In this document: positions 29,395 to 38,646 of the stretch, piece by piece | How the letters are laid out: every line of letters begins with the position of its first letter | Numbering within the stretch: position 1 is the stretch's first letter | NCBI GenBank assembly: GCA_023485845.1 | Contig: JAMCZE010000010.1 | Location: forward strand, 89,448-153,447 | From: Patescibacteria group bacterium | GTDB lineage: Bacteria > Patescibacteriota > Microgenomatia > JAMCZE01 | Direction: 5' to 3' | DNA length: 64,000 nucleotides | Made by a program: the position numbers and the translations under genes | The notes under the pieces: generated by a model | What the model saw: the letters and a program-made list of their open reading frames with translations, nothing else | Database searches by the model: none | What the model was told of the DNA's origin: nothing

Positions 29395-29960
29395 TACAAT
29401 GTTAACAGTTCTTTCTCTTTTTCTAAAGCCAGGAGATCAAGTTCGGCGACGGTTTTGTCCGTTTGTTCCTGAATGTCTTTTTCTAGCCGTTTCATGGAAT
29501 CTTCGTCCAAATTAGCTTTTGCCGCGTCTTCCATCGCGTCGTGTCGGGCTTGGCGGGCCATCACCTTGCCACCTTCAACCTTAGTTTTGGCCAGTTTCAC
29601 ATATTCTTCCCGTCGCTCCTGGGACAATGGCGGCACCACCACCCGCACTTTGGTGTCTTCAACGGTGGCGGTCAGTCCCAAATTGGCCACCTGGATTGCT
29701 TTGGCAATCGCTTCACTATTGGCAACATCAAAGGGAGTGATCAAAAGAGTGGTCGGGTCGGTGGCGGCCACCGAACTCAGCTCCACCAATCTCATTTTCG
29801 TGCCATAAGCCTCAACAAAAAGATTTTCCACCAGGGCCGGCGAAGCCTTGCCGGTGCGGATCGTTGCCAGATCTTGCTTAACAAGCTCCAGAATTCTAGC
29901 GAACTTAGATTGTAATTCGGCTAAATTCATTGACTTTAATATTTTCCCCCAATTTTCCAA
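29394..29960 (-). CDS. frr: Ribosome recycling factor
   Basis: Full-length RRF similarity. Lies in the conserved frr-tsf-rpsB neighbourhood. Confidence 0.9.
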   Translation of the reverse strand: MENWGKILKSMNLAELQSKFARILELVKQDLATIRTGKASPALVENLFVEAYGTKMRLVELSSVAATDPTTLLITPFDVANSEAIAKAIQVANLGLTATVEDTKVRVVVPPLSQERREEYVKLAKTKVEGGKVMARQARHDAMEDAAKANLDEDSMKRLEKDIQEQTDKTVAELDLLALEKEKELLTL

Positions 29961-30351
29961 TCACGGTTTTCACCATCGCGTCAATCGTTAATTTCGGGTC
30001 GCGAATATATTCTTGTTGCAATAATTGTTCAACATTTTTGGGATCCATCGAGGCCACCTGCAAACAGATTTCTTTGCCAAGATTGGCAAAGTCGTCGGTC
30101 TTGGCCACAAAATCCGTTTCGCAAGCCAACGACACCAGCACCCCAATTTTGCCGCCGTGGACATAGGAAAACACTCGGCCTTGGCTTGTTTGCCGACCAG
30201 ACTTTTTCTCCGCTTTCTCAATCCCCTTCTTCTTCAAAAACTCCTGGGCCTCTTTCAAATTTCCGGCCGTTGCCTCCAGTGCTTCCCGACAATCGGCCAC
30301 ACCAGCACCAGTTACTTCTCTCAATTTTTTGATGTCATCAATTTTTATCAT
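29905..30351 (-). CDS. tsf: Elongation factor Ts (short form)
   Basis: N-terminal UBA-like IKKLREVTGAGVADCREAL. Adjacent to rpsB. Confidence 0.85.
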   Translation of the reverse strand: MIKIDDIKKLREVTGAGVADCREALEATAGNLKEAQEFLKKKGIEKAEKKSGRQTSQGRVFSYVHGGKIGVLVSLACETDFVAKTDDFANLGKEICLQVASMDPKNVEQLLQQEYIRDPKLTIDAMVKTVIGKLGENIKVNEFSRITI

Positions 30352-30441
30352 GATTACAATTACTAATTATTAACTTCTAATTTCTAATTAAATTTTAAGA
30401 TTTAGAAATTAAATAGTAATTAATAATTAAAAATTAGTAAT

Positions 30442-31152
30442 TTATTTCTCTATTTTATCTTTACTCTGCTGACCCTCAACCCATGCCTCGACTAGGTAGT
30501 CAATGATTATTTTAATACTTCCCACGGCGTCGTCGTTAGCCGGGATGGGATAAGTAACCGGCGTGGGGTCGGTGTTGGTGTCCACCACACCGACAATTGC
30601 CACCCCGGTGCGCATCGCTTCCCGCACGGCTCCGTCTTCCCGTTTAACATCCACAAAAAACACGGCGTCCGGCAATTTTGTCAGCCCCACCAAGCCGCCA
30701 TAGACCCGGGTGTATTTATCCAGCAGCCGTTGGGCCAATAGTTTCTCTTTTTTGGTAACAAACCGGTTCACCTCAATATCCTCGCGCAGTTTTAAAATGG
30801 CATCCAGATTATTCTTTTTCAGAATTTCAAAATTCGTTAAGAGGCCGCCCGGCCAGCGCTCCAATAAATAGTAGAAGTTTTTGTCGGCGCCCACCTTGTT
30901 CTTGGCTTCCTCCACCACGCTCTTGGCCTGCCGTTTTGTCCCGACAAAAAGCACCGAACCGCCGGATTTAGCCAAATCCGAAAGATATTTTGCTGCTGCC
31001 AGCAAACCATCGCGGGTTTTAGCTAAATCAATAATATGAACGCCTTCGCGCTCCCCATAAATATAGCCGGCCGCTTTCGGATGCCAACGATTGGTCTGGT
31101 GCCCAAAATGACACCCGGCCTCTAATAGTTCTTTTAGAGTAATATCTTTCAT
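30442..31152 (-). CDS. rpsB: 30S ribosomal protein S2
   Basis: LLEAGCHFGHQTNRWHPKAAGYIYGER... S2 signature. Confidence 0.9.
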   Translation of the reverse strand: MKDITLKELLEAGCHFGHQTNRWHPKAAGYIYGEREGVHIIDLAKTRDGLLAAAKYLSDLAKSGGSVLFVGTKRQAKSVVEEAKNKVGADKNFYYLLERWPGGLLTNFEILKKNNLDAILKLREDIEVNRFVTKKEKLLAQRLLDKYTRVYGGLVGLTKLPDAVFFVDVKREDGAVREAMRTGVAIVGVVDTNTDPTPVTYPIPANDDAVGSIKIIIDYLVEAWVEGQQSKDKIEK

Positions 31153-31865
31153 ACCTTGCTGATTTTAGCAGCCTCGAAGACATTTTCCAAGAGGCAAGCA
31201 ACAGTGAGAGGACCGACGCCCCCGGGAACGGGAGTGATGGCACCAACGGCCGCCGCCGATGGATCCACTTCCGGTCTGGGTGCTCCACAGTCAATAACAA
31301 TGGCATTCTTTTTAACCATCTCCGCCGTGATTAATCTTTCCTGTCCCGTCGCCACCACCAAGACATCAGCACTTAGTGTTTGCTCTTTCAAATCCGGCGT
31401 GTTCACGTCACAACGGACGACAGACAATCCCATATTCTCCCAATAATCGGCCAGCGGCTTGCCAATTAGTCTCCCCTGGCCCACAATGACAATTGTCTTG
31501 CCCGTCACATCACCGGCGCAAATTAAAACAGCACTGACGGCTGCCGGAAGAAACTTACTTTTACCCGTTAGCCCGTCAACGTCTTTTTCCGGCGGAATCT
31601 GGGCAATCAGTTCGTCAGCCTGGGGATGGGGCAGTTGGACAATAATCCCGTCAGCGGCTAAATCAATTTTATCGGTGACTGTCACGCCAATCCCCACTTC
31701 TTGCCCTCGGGCCATTTTTTGCCGGACGAAAACCGAATCCGGCTGATCCGTCACAATATTTAATTTTGGTCTAATCCCAAGTGTTTGGATCTTAGATTTT
31801 AGATCTTCCAGTTTCTGTGTGGCAATTTTTTTTCCATCAATGATCATATCGGAAACTTTCTGCAA
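31149..31865 (-). CDS. folD: Methylenetetrahydrofolate dehydrogenase/cyclohydrolase FolD (short)
   Basis: NAD(P) Rossmann GKTIVIVGQGRLIGKP and ITPVPGGVGPLT motif. Confidence 0.8.
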   Translation of the reverse strand: MQKVSDMIIDGKKIATQKLEDLKSKIQTLGIRPKLNIVTDQPDSVFVRQKMARGQEVGIGVTVTDKIDLAADGIIVQLPHPQADELIAQIPPEKDVDGLTGKSKFLPAAVSAVLICAGDVTGKTIVIVGQGRLIGKPLADYWENMGLSVVRCDVNTPDLKEQTLSADVLVVATGQERLITAEMVKKNAIVIDCGAPRPEVDPSAAAVGAITPVPGGVGPLTVACLLENVFEAAKISKV

Positions 31866-33064
31866 AGGTCCAACACATCTTTTTTAACCGCCCCGACGGG
31901 ACGGCGGGAGAAAATCACGTCGGCAATCCAGTCTCCGATTAGTTTCATTTCCGGCTCTTTCATTCCCCGGGTGGTGATTGCCGGGGTGCCCAACCGAATC
32001 CCGCTGGAAATTGCCGGCGGCAGCGGGTCATTGGGCACTGCGTTTTTATTGGTCACAATCCCCGCTTCCTCAAGTTTTTCCGCCGTGTCTTTTCCGGTCA
32101 AGCCAAAATTTTTTAAATCAATCATTATCAAATGATTATCCGTCCCGCCAGAAACCAAAGCGATTTTATTTTTAATTATGACCTCCGAGAGGACTTTGGC
32201 GTTAGCAACAATTTGCTTGGCATATGCTCTAAATTCACTTGTTCCTGCTTCTTTAGCCGCCACTGCCATAGCGGCAATCACGTTTTCGTGCGGGCCGCCC
32301 TGCAAACCGGGAAAAACCGCCCGGTCAATTTTAGCGGCCATCTCCTCATTATTCGTCATCAGAATCGCCCCCCGGGGGCCGCGCAAAGTTTTGTGGGTTG
32401 TCGTCATCACCACATCGGCAAACGGAATGGGACTGGGATGAACACCGGCCACCACCAATCCGGCAATGTGGGAAATGTCTGCCAAAAGAATCGCCCCGAC
32501 ACTGTCGGCAATTTTTTTAAATCTTGCAAACTCCAGAACCCGGGGGTAGGACGTCGTTCCACAGACAAGGATCTTTGGCTTTTCGATCAGAACCTGTTCT
32601 TGCAACTTGTCGTAGTTGATCCAACCGTTTTCATCGACCGTGTATTGAACGCTATTAAAATATTTTCCGGAAAAAGTAATTTTCGGATGGCCGTGGGTCA
32701 AGTGCCCGCCAGAAGACAGCGCCATTCCCATAATTTTATCCCCAAGGGCAAGAAGGGCAAAATAGACGGCGGCATTGGCCGGACTGCCGGAATAGGGCTG
32801 GACATTAACAAAGGCAACATTAAAAAGTTTCTTGAACCGGGCAATCGCCAGATTTTCAATGGCATCAATAATGCCGTTGCCTTGGTAGTAGCGCTTTCCC
32901 GGATAACCTTCGGAGTATTTATTGGCCAACACCGAACCAGTCGCCTGCCGCACGGCCGCGGAGACATAGTTTTCCGACGGGATCATCTCCAGCCCTTCCC
33001 GCTGTCTTTTTTCCTCTCGGCCAATCAGTTTGGCAATCTCCGGATCACTTTTCTGAAGTGTCAT
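31844..33064 (-). CDS. glyA: Serine hydroxymethyltransferase
   Basis: PLP-lysine motif TTTHKTLRGPRG, full-length SHMT similarity. Confidence 0.9.
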   Translation of the reverse strand: MTLQKSDPEIAKLIGREEKRQREGLEMIPSENYVSAAVRQATGSVLANKYSEGYPGKRYYQGNGIIDAIENLAIARFKKLFNVAFVNVQPYSGSPANAAVYFALLALGDKIMGMALSSGGHLTHGHPKITFSGKYFNSVQYTVDENGWINYDKLQEQVLIEKPKILVCGTTSYPRVLEFARFKKIADSVGAILLADISHIAGLVVAGVHPSPIPFADVVMTTTHKTLRGPRGAILMTNNEEMAAKIDRAVFPGLQGGPHENVIAAMAVAAKEAGTSEFRAYAKQIVANAKVLSEVIIKNKIALVSGGTDNHLIMIDLKNFGLTGKDTAEKLEEAGIVTNKNAVPNDPLPPAISSGIRLGTPAITTRGMKEPEMKLIGDWIADVIFSRRPVGAVKKDVLDLCRKFPI

Positions 33065-33073
33065 GAAGCAATT

Positions 33074-34285
33074 TTAGCACAAACTTATCCCACCCTGGCT
33101 CCCGAACTCATCTTCAACGGCTTTAAGTATCTCTTCATGAACGGATTCTGGTGATGACATGCCGTTAATCTTAACAACGTTATTGAGCTTTCCTAAAATT
33201 TCTCTATATCTTTTTCGACAACTTTCTATTTTAGCTAGGCTTTCAAATTTGCTGAATGGTTTATTTTCTTCAGTAAGTCTTCTTTCTATCCTCTTTATTG
33301 CCTCCTCCGGCTCAACATCCACCCATAAAATGAGATCCATATCTGGTACGAAAGCGTGCAAGAAACGAACTAAAGCCTCTTCTTGCTTCGTCTCGGCCTC
33401 ATAAACTTGTGTGTCAATCCAACTTCTCACATCAATAACCGTCTCCCCAGCTCTTAATGCAGGCAAAATTTCCTTACTCATAATTCTTCTTCGATCGGCA
33501 ATATAAAAGAACATATCCATAAAGTGATCGTCAATCTCACTTCGCCAACTGGCGAGGGTCGGCTTTGTGTCCGGAGTTGGCTCATGAACTAGCCTAACTT
33601 TTATTCCTTGTTTCCTATACCAGCCAACCAACATCTCAGCTTGGACATCTTTTCCGGAACCGCTTGTTCCCTCTATAACAATATATTTCCCGGTTAATTT
33701 CTCCGTTTCCAGTGAAGTGGGTTCTTCTAAGAGCGACAGAAAAAGTTCAACGAATCGGTATTGCCTTTCCGCTATTTTCTTGCTCTCGGGAAACTCCAAG
33801 CCGGCAATCCTTGCCGGCATTTTCACTCTTAACCGGTGCATAGTTTCTTCCATGGTTTCGCCTCTCTCACCGGACCACAGTAGAGTGCGAAGAATTCCTC
33901 TGGCTCCAAAACCATCCAAAAAGTCAGCCTCTTTGAGAATTTTCCCCTCAATCGTAGAGGGAGTAAATTCCGGTTGGTCATGTTCAGATATTGCTTGGCA
34001 GACAGCATCAATTTTTTCTTTTGGAAAACCAGTTTCTTCAAGAACTAACCTTGCCCGATGGACCGACTCTAAAGCACTTTCTTTCCCTCGCAATTGCTTA
34101 TCTGCTCGACCCAGATCGTGGAGAATAGCTGCAGCAGTAATTATTTCTTCATCGCCGCCATACAATCTCTGGAATCGTAATCCAGTGGCTACGACCCGTT
34201 TTAGATGATCATCCGAGTGGCTTGCTCCCACCACTGCATTGTCCACCCCTTGCCAAAGTTTATTTTCAATTTCTAATCTTTCCAT
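33074..34285 (-). CDS. tmk: Fusion protein: N-terminal HD phosphohydrolase domain, C-terminal thymidylate kinase
   Basis: HD motif (HSDDHLKRV...ILHDLGR) in residues about 1-190. Tmk P-loop IVIEGTSGSGKDV, HEPTP and DRR motifs in residues about 200-403. Confidence 0.7.
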   Translation of the reverse strand: MERLEIENKLWQGVDNAVVGASHSDDHLKRVVATGLRFQRLYGGDEEIITAAAILHDLGRADKQLRGKESALESVHRARLVLEETGFPKEKIDAVCQAISEHDQPEFTPSTIEGKILKEADFLDGFGARGILRTLLWSGERGETMEETMHRLRVKMPARIAGLEFPESKKIAERQYRFVELFLSLLEEPTSLETEKLTGKYIVIEGTSGSGKDVQAEMLVGWYRKQGIKVRLVHEPTPDTKPTLASWRSEIDDHFMDMFFYIADRRRIMSKEILPALRAGETVIDVRSWIDTQVYEAETKQEEALVRFLHAFVPDMDLILWVDVEPEEAIKRIERRLTEENKPFSKFESLAKIESCRKRYREILGKLNNVVKINGMSSPESVHEEILKAVEDEFGSQGGISLC

Positions 34286-34289
34286 CTGA

Positions 34290-35786
34290 TTAATCTTTCT
34301 TCCCTGGCTCCCTTATTCCGCTTGAACCCAAGGGTGAATAATCCCTATAGAAAAAATAACGACAGTTTTCTTCAGTAACTGGCACTTGCGAAAACCCGGA
34401 AATATCAGGAAAAGATTGTAAATCTGGAAAACGGAACCGCCGTTTATCCATTTCTGGTGGCACACCCTCGTGTATAGTAACTTCTTCCCATCGTAGCGGC
34501 AAAGGAATTAAAGGAAAGCGATCCGGGACATCGGAAACAACTACCGTTCTTGCTCGAGAAATTCCCAGTTTATCTGTTAACAAAAATCTATGTAGTCCAT
34601 CTATCAATAGGCATCTATTCCCGTCTGGTCCGGAAACCTCAACCGTAGGTGGAGAAATCACAAAATTCTTTCCCCCCATCCGGAATTCAATCGTCCCCGA
34701 CAGATCAAGAAAATCCAAAGCATAATTCGCCAAAAACAATTTTCTAAGCTTTTCGTGGAGATCAATCTGCCCAGCAAGAGCATAAAGGGAAAGCGGTGCA
34801 ATTTCATCAATGCTTAAGACCTTACTCTCTATTCTTGCTGCCGCATAAGGAAAAAGAGTTGGGTCCCCATTAAGCTTTACTCTTCTTAGAGCTCCTTCCA
34901 ACTCTTCCCAGGGGTGGACTTTTGTAATCTCCAGATCATCAGAAAAATATTCATGCTCAATTAGTTCTAACGTCTCTAAACCTAACTCCGGATGGTATGG
35001 CACTGCATTTCGCTCGCACTCTTTTCTTATTAACTCCTCCGCTTCAAGGTAGCCTTGCCAAGCAATTTTTTTTCCAGTCGCTGTTCTGGCATCCAATAAA
35101 GCTCTTTTGGCAGCCAATCTAACACTTCCCACAATTGATTCTCCCCACATCCATGCCCTCAACGGATCGCCTCTGGCAAACAATGGGAGACTCTGTTCTA
35201 AGTTAAAATCAAATGTTCTTTTGGCGCCGTCAGCTCCTGTCCCTAAACGACTGTCAGCCTCTTTAATAACTGCCAACATTGCTTTTGATCGTGGATCACT
35301 ATCCATCTCCTGCTCTGCCTCTTTCACCCATCCGCGGGTGATAGCAGGACTTCCCCCCCTCCCCTTACTTGGAAACAGATAATTAGTGTTATCGTGATTT
35401 AAAACGAGATATAAAACTTGCTTCAGTCTTTGGGGGTCCTCAGCAAAACCGGGAATCCTCAAAAGAATTTCGTTGGCGATTCTCATACTTTCGTGGACAT
35501 GCTCCCGTTTATCTTCAGACCAATCAACTTTCCTTTGAGAGAAACCAGCATCATGAAGCAGCGCCGCCACCGATAAAGCTGTTAGGTCAAGATCGAGCGA
35601 CGAGTACTCGGGTTCTCGAGCGATTTCCAAAACTAGCCTCTCGGCACTCTTAACATGATCCATCCCATGAATTCTTTCATTAGAAGGATAATAGCAAGCC
35701 ATTTGTTCAGTCACAACTTCACGCCAAGGAGAAAATAAGAGTCTTTGCTTCCTATCTTTTTCAGAAAAATTTTCTGCAACAGTCAT
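34290..35786 (-). CDS. HD-domain protein with about 350-aa uncharacterised C-terminal region
   Basis: HGMDHVKSAERL...LLHDAGF HD signature. Remainder unrecognised. Confidence 0.6.
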   Translation of the reverse strand: MTVAENFSEKDRKQRLLFSPWREVVTEQMACYYPSNERIHGMDHVKSAERLVLEIAREPEYSSLDLDLTALSVAALLHDAGFSQRKVDWSEDKREHVHESMRIANEILLRIPGFAEDPQRLKQVLYLVLNHDNTNYLFPSKGRGGSPAITRGWVKEAEQEMDSDPRSKAMLAVIKEADSRLGTGADGAKRTFDFNLEQSLPLFARGDPLRAWMWGESIVGSVRLAAKRALLDARTATGKKIAWQGYLEAEELIRKECERNAVPYHPELGLETLELIEHEYFSDDLEITKVHPWEELEGALRRVKLNGDPTLFPYAAARIESKVLSIDEIAPLSLYALAGQIDLHEKLRKLFLANYALDFLDLSGTIEFRMGGKNFVISPPTVEVSGPDGNRCLLIDGLHRFLLTDKLGISRARTVVVSDVPDRFPLIPLPLRWEEVTIHEGVPPEMDKRRFRFPDLQSFPDISGFSQVPVTEENCRYFFYRDYSPLGSSGIREPGKKD

Positions 35787-35806
35787 CTCTTCATATCTAA
35801 GTAAAA

Positions 35807-36535
35807 CTACCCCTCATGAATCTTCATTCTTCCATAACGTTCCCTCAATGCTGGAAAAGCTTCCTTTGACCAAAAGGACATTCTCTCAATCAATTTCTCC
35901 GCTTCATCCCAAGTTACAAATTTACCTTCAATTACTCCTTCATCACCACTGTCCTCGAAAATTGCTCTATCCCCAAGATATGCCCAAACAAGACCTGCAT
36001 GGACCATGTTCACCTGGTTTGTTTGTAAATTCACCACCCCAACAAATTCTCGCTTCAAAACAGTTCCGAGGTACCTTGTCTCCTCATTAAATTCTCTCTC
36101 GGCTGCCTTTCCAATATCCACGTCCCCTTCTTCCACATGACCACCAAGAAATATCGGCCATAAATCATGAAGACGATCTTCCGAACCGGTTACTGGAATC
36201 CTATGAACAAAAACCTGATTTTGAGCAATCAATATTACCTGAGGAATAATTTGCTTCCAAGACGGATCATCTTCCACCTCCGCCCGCCGCTTGTATTCAC
36301 CATATCTGTTGATAAGCCCAAAAACTGTCTGAAAATCATCAATGGGGCGAAATCCTTCCCACACTCCGTCCGGGAAAAGCTTATTCGTGGGAACAACTAA
36401 CACCTTTTGTTCAAGTTTATCCATCTCCGGCAATTTAGCTCGGAAGAGATTCTTTTGCAACGGGTCAAAATAGATCAGGAGATCTCCCAGTACTTCTATT
36501 TCCTCAGCAGTCTCAAGAATAATTATAAATCGCAA
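35807..36535 (-). CDS. Nudix hydrolase
   Basis: Nudix box GGHVEEGDVDIGKAAEREFNEETRY. TTG start. Confidence 0.75.
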   Translation of the reverse strand: MRFIIILETAEEIEVLGDLLIYFDPLQKNLFRAKLPEMDKLEQKVLVVPTNKLFPDGVWEGFRPIDDFQTVFGLINRYGEYKRRAEVEDDPSWKQIIPQVILIAQNQVFVHRIPVTGSEDRLHDLWPIFLGGHVEEGDVDIGKAAEREFNEETRYLGTVLKREFVGVVNLQTNQVNMVHAGLVWAYLGDRAIFEDSGDEGVIEGKFVTWDEAEKLIERMSFWSKEAFPALRERYGRMKIHEG

Positions 36536-36681
36536 TCACCTTCTCCAGTTGTTTATCGGAAAGGTGCTTCTTTGTTCTCATAAATCCCTGCATCTGCGGT
36601 GTTATTGTAATCTTCTTCTTGGTTTTATCAATTTTATGTTTCATTCTTTAATTATACATTCCCCGTGATTAATATAATAAC

Positions 36682-37119
36682 ATGACAAGAGTTTCGGCAG
36701 GTTTACTGATGTTTCGAAGATGCGCCAAAGACATCGAGGTTTTTTTAGTCCATCCCGGCGGGCCGTTTTTTGGACGAAGGGACAACGTTTGGGGCATTCC
36801 TAAGGGAGAGCGGCACGATGACGAAGATTTATTAACCTGCGCTAAGCGGGAATTTACTGAAGAAACGGGTATCGATCCTGGGCAAGCGGCAATGACGCCG
36901 CTGGGATCGATTCAATATAACAACAAAACTATTTATTGTTGGACCTTTGAAAAAGATTTGCCAGAAAATTTTAAGCTAAAAAGTAATCTTACACCATATG
37001 GTTGGCCGGAAATTGACAAGGGGGAATTTTTCAATCTCGGTGCCGCCGCTTCCAAAATCCTCCCGGGCCAAAAAATTTTTTTAGAGAGACTATTTGAGTA
37101 TTGCAAAGTTAATAATTAG
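36682..37119 (+). CDS. Nudix hydrolase
   Basis: Nudix box GIPKGERHDDEDLLTCAKREFTEETGI. Confidence 0.75.
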   Translation: MTRVSAGLLMFRRCAKDIEVFLVHPGGPFFGRRDNVWGIPKGERHDDEDLLTCAKREFTEETGIDPGQAAMTPLGSIQYNNKTIYCWTFEKDLPENFKLKSNLTPYGWPEIDKGEFFNLGAAASKILPGQKIFLERLFEYCKVNN

Positions 37120-37136
37120 GATTTACTATCTCCAGG

Positions 37137-37964
37137 ATGACAGGTAACCAAGAATACTCCGGCTCAATTGAGAACCAATACCTTAGTCTTCTTGATGATA
37201 TCCTCACAAACGGATACCAATCCGGTGACCGCACCGGAACCGGGACAAGAAAAGTTTTTGGTCGGACGCTACGAGCTGACCTTACCCAAGGATATCCGCT
37301 TTTAACAACAAAGTCCGTTCATTTCCCTTCAGTGGCCCATGAGTTGATATGGTTCATCAGTGGTAGCACCAACATTAAATATCTCCACGATCGTGGCATC
37401 ACCATTTGGGACGAATGGGCTGATGCAAACGGCGAGGTTGGAAGAATGTATGGTGTCCAGTGGCGCCATTGGGTTGGCCCGGATGGGAAAGAAACCGACC
37501 AACTCCAAAAAGCAATTGATAAAATTCACTCCTCACCAAACGACCGAAGAATTATTGTCTCTGCTTGGAATCCCGCAGAAGTGGATAAGATGGCACTCCC
37601 CCCATGTCATGCCCTTTATCAATTTGATGTTCAAGGAGAAAGACTTTCTTGCGCGATGTTCCAGCGATCTATCGACACATTCCTCGGCCTCCCATTTAAC
37701 ATTGCAAGTTACGCCGCTTTGACAAAAATGATTGCCAGTTTAACAGATCTGACCCCCCACGAATTAATTCTATTTCTTGGAAACACGCACCTTTATCTGA
37801 ATCATCTCGCTCAAGCTAAAATACAACTAGAGAGAGACTCGAGACCACTGCCAAAATTAGAAATTATTCATCACAGAACAAAAATTGATGATTTTGTCTT
37901 TGAAGATTTCAGACTTTTAGACTATAACCCACACCCCAAAATCAGAGCACCAATTTCAAAGTAA
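37137..37964 (+). CDS. thyA: Thymidylate synthase (ThyA, folate-dependent)
   Basis: Near-colinear with E. coli ThyA, including RRIIVSAWNPAEVDKMALPPCHALYQF catalytic Cys region and DRTGTGT. Confidence 0.9.
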   Translation: MTGNQEYSGSIENQYLSLLDDILTNGYQSGDRTGTGTRKVFGRTLRADLTQGYPLLTTKSVHFPSVAHELIWFISGSTNIKYLHDRGITIWDEWADANGEVGRMYGVQWRHWVGPDGKETDQLQKAIDKIHSSPNDRRIIVSAWNPAEVDKMALPPCHALYQFDVQGERLSCAMFQRSIDTFLGLPFNIASYAALTKMIASLTDLTPHELILFLGNTHLYLNHLAQAKIQLERDSRPLPKLEIIHHRTKIDDFVFEDFRLLDYNPHPKIRAPISK

Positions 37965-37968
37965 TGAA

Positions 37969-38631
37969 CTAACACCACATTCTTAGTCTTGGGTGGCCGG
38001 GAACACGATGGTGCAATGGACAGACTGCCTGATACTGTTCTTCGGCTCCAACTACAATAACTTTATCATCGAAGTCCGCTGGTTCACCATCCTTAAACCG
38101 CTGTGTTTGGGTTGCTTTCTTTCCGCAAATTTCGCCAAGAGAAACCTCATAAGAGCAAATGGCAAATCTTCTGTGAACTTTATGCGCCTGTGCTTCCAAT
38201 ATTGGAAAACAACCAAATGGTTCACCTCTAAAATCTGTCGGGAGACCAGTCAAAATCACCCCGATACCGGACTGTGATAATTCCTGAACAACAAATGGCG
38301 TTTCCTCATCAAGGAATTGTGCCTCATCAATGCCAATAATCCTCACTCCTGTCTTTAAATGTTGAAAGATATCTCGCGCCTTATCAACTGATATTGCCGG
38401 ATAGCGTACTCCATTATGTCCTTCTATCTCATCCGCCGCACTACGGGTGTCACCCGTCCATTTAAATGCCTGCACTGTCAGTTTGGCAAAACTGGCAAGT
38501 TCCAGACGGTGAATCATTTCGTTTGTTTTGTCAGCGAACATGGGTCCGCTAATAGCAGTTACTTTCCTTGGGCCTTTTTCTCTATGGTTCTTCATGCGAT
38601 TCACCTTACCCCCCCCAACCAATTTTTTCAA
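37969..38631 (-). CDS. tdk: Thymidine kinase (TK1 type with C-terminal zinc ribbon)
   Basis: GPMFADKTNEMI P-loop, GIDEAQFL, C-terminal Cys/His ribbon (CSYEV...CGKKA...CPLHHR). Confidence 0.85.
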   Translation of the reverse strand: MKKLVGGGKVNRMKNHREKGPRKVTAISGPMFADKTNEMIHRLELASFAKLTVQAFKWTGDTRSAADEIEGHNGVRYPAISVDKARDIFQHLKTGVRIIGIDEAQFLDEETPFVVQELSQSGIGVILTGLPTDFRGEPFGCFPILEAQAHKVHRRFAICSYEVSLGEICGKKATQTQRFKDGEPADFDDKVIVVGAEEQYQAVCPLHHRVPGHPRLRMWC

Positions 38632-38646
38632 CTAGATCTTTATAGG

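Noticed and set aside
30352-30441. AT-rich palindromic spacer between tsf and rpsB (AATTTCTAA...TTAGAAATT) as another copy of the dispersed repeat
   Set aside because: It is a different sequence from the 95-bp element. It is likely just the rpsB-tsf intergenic hairpin or an attenuator.
32132-33154. 340-aa plus-strand ORF
   Set aside because: It is antisense to glyA. The sequence is Gly/Arg-rich and low-complexity. A shadow ORF.
36536-36681. 42-aa minus-strand uORF (MKHKIDKTKKKITITPQMQGFMRTKKHLSDKQLEKVIAIYNYS) overlapping the Nudix start
   Set aside because: No Shine-Dalgarno. Lys-rich low complexity in an AT-rich divergent promoter region. Insufficient support.
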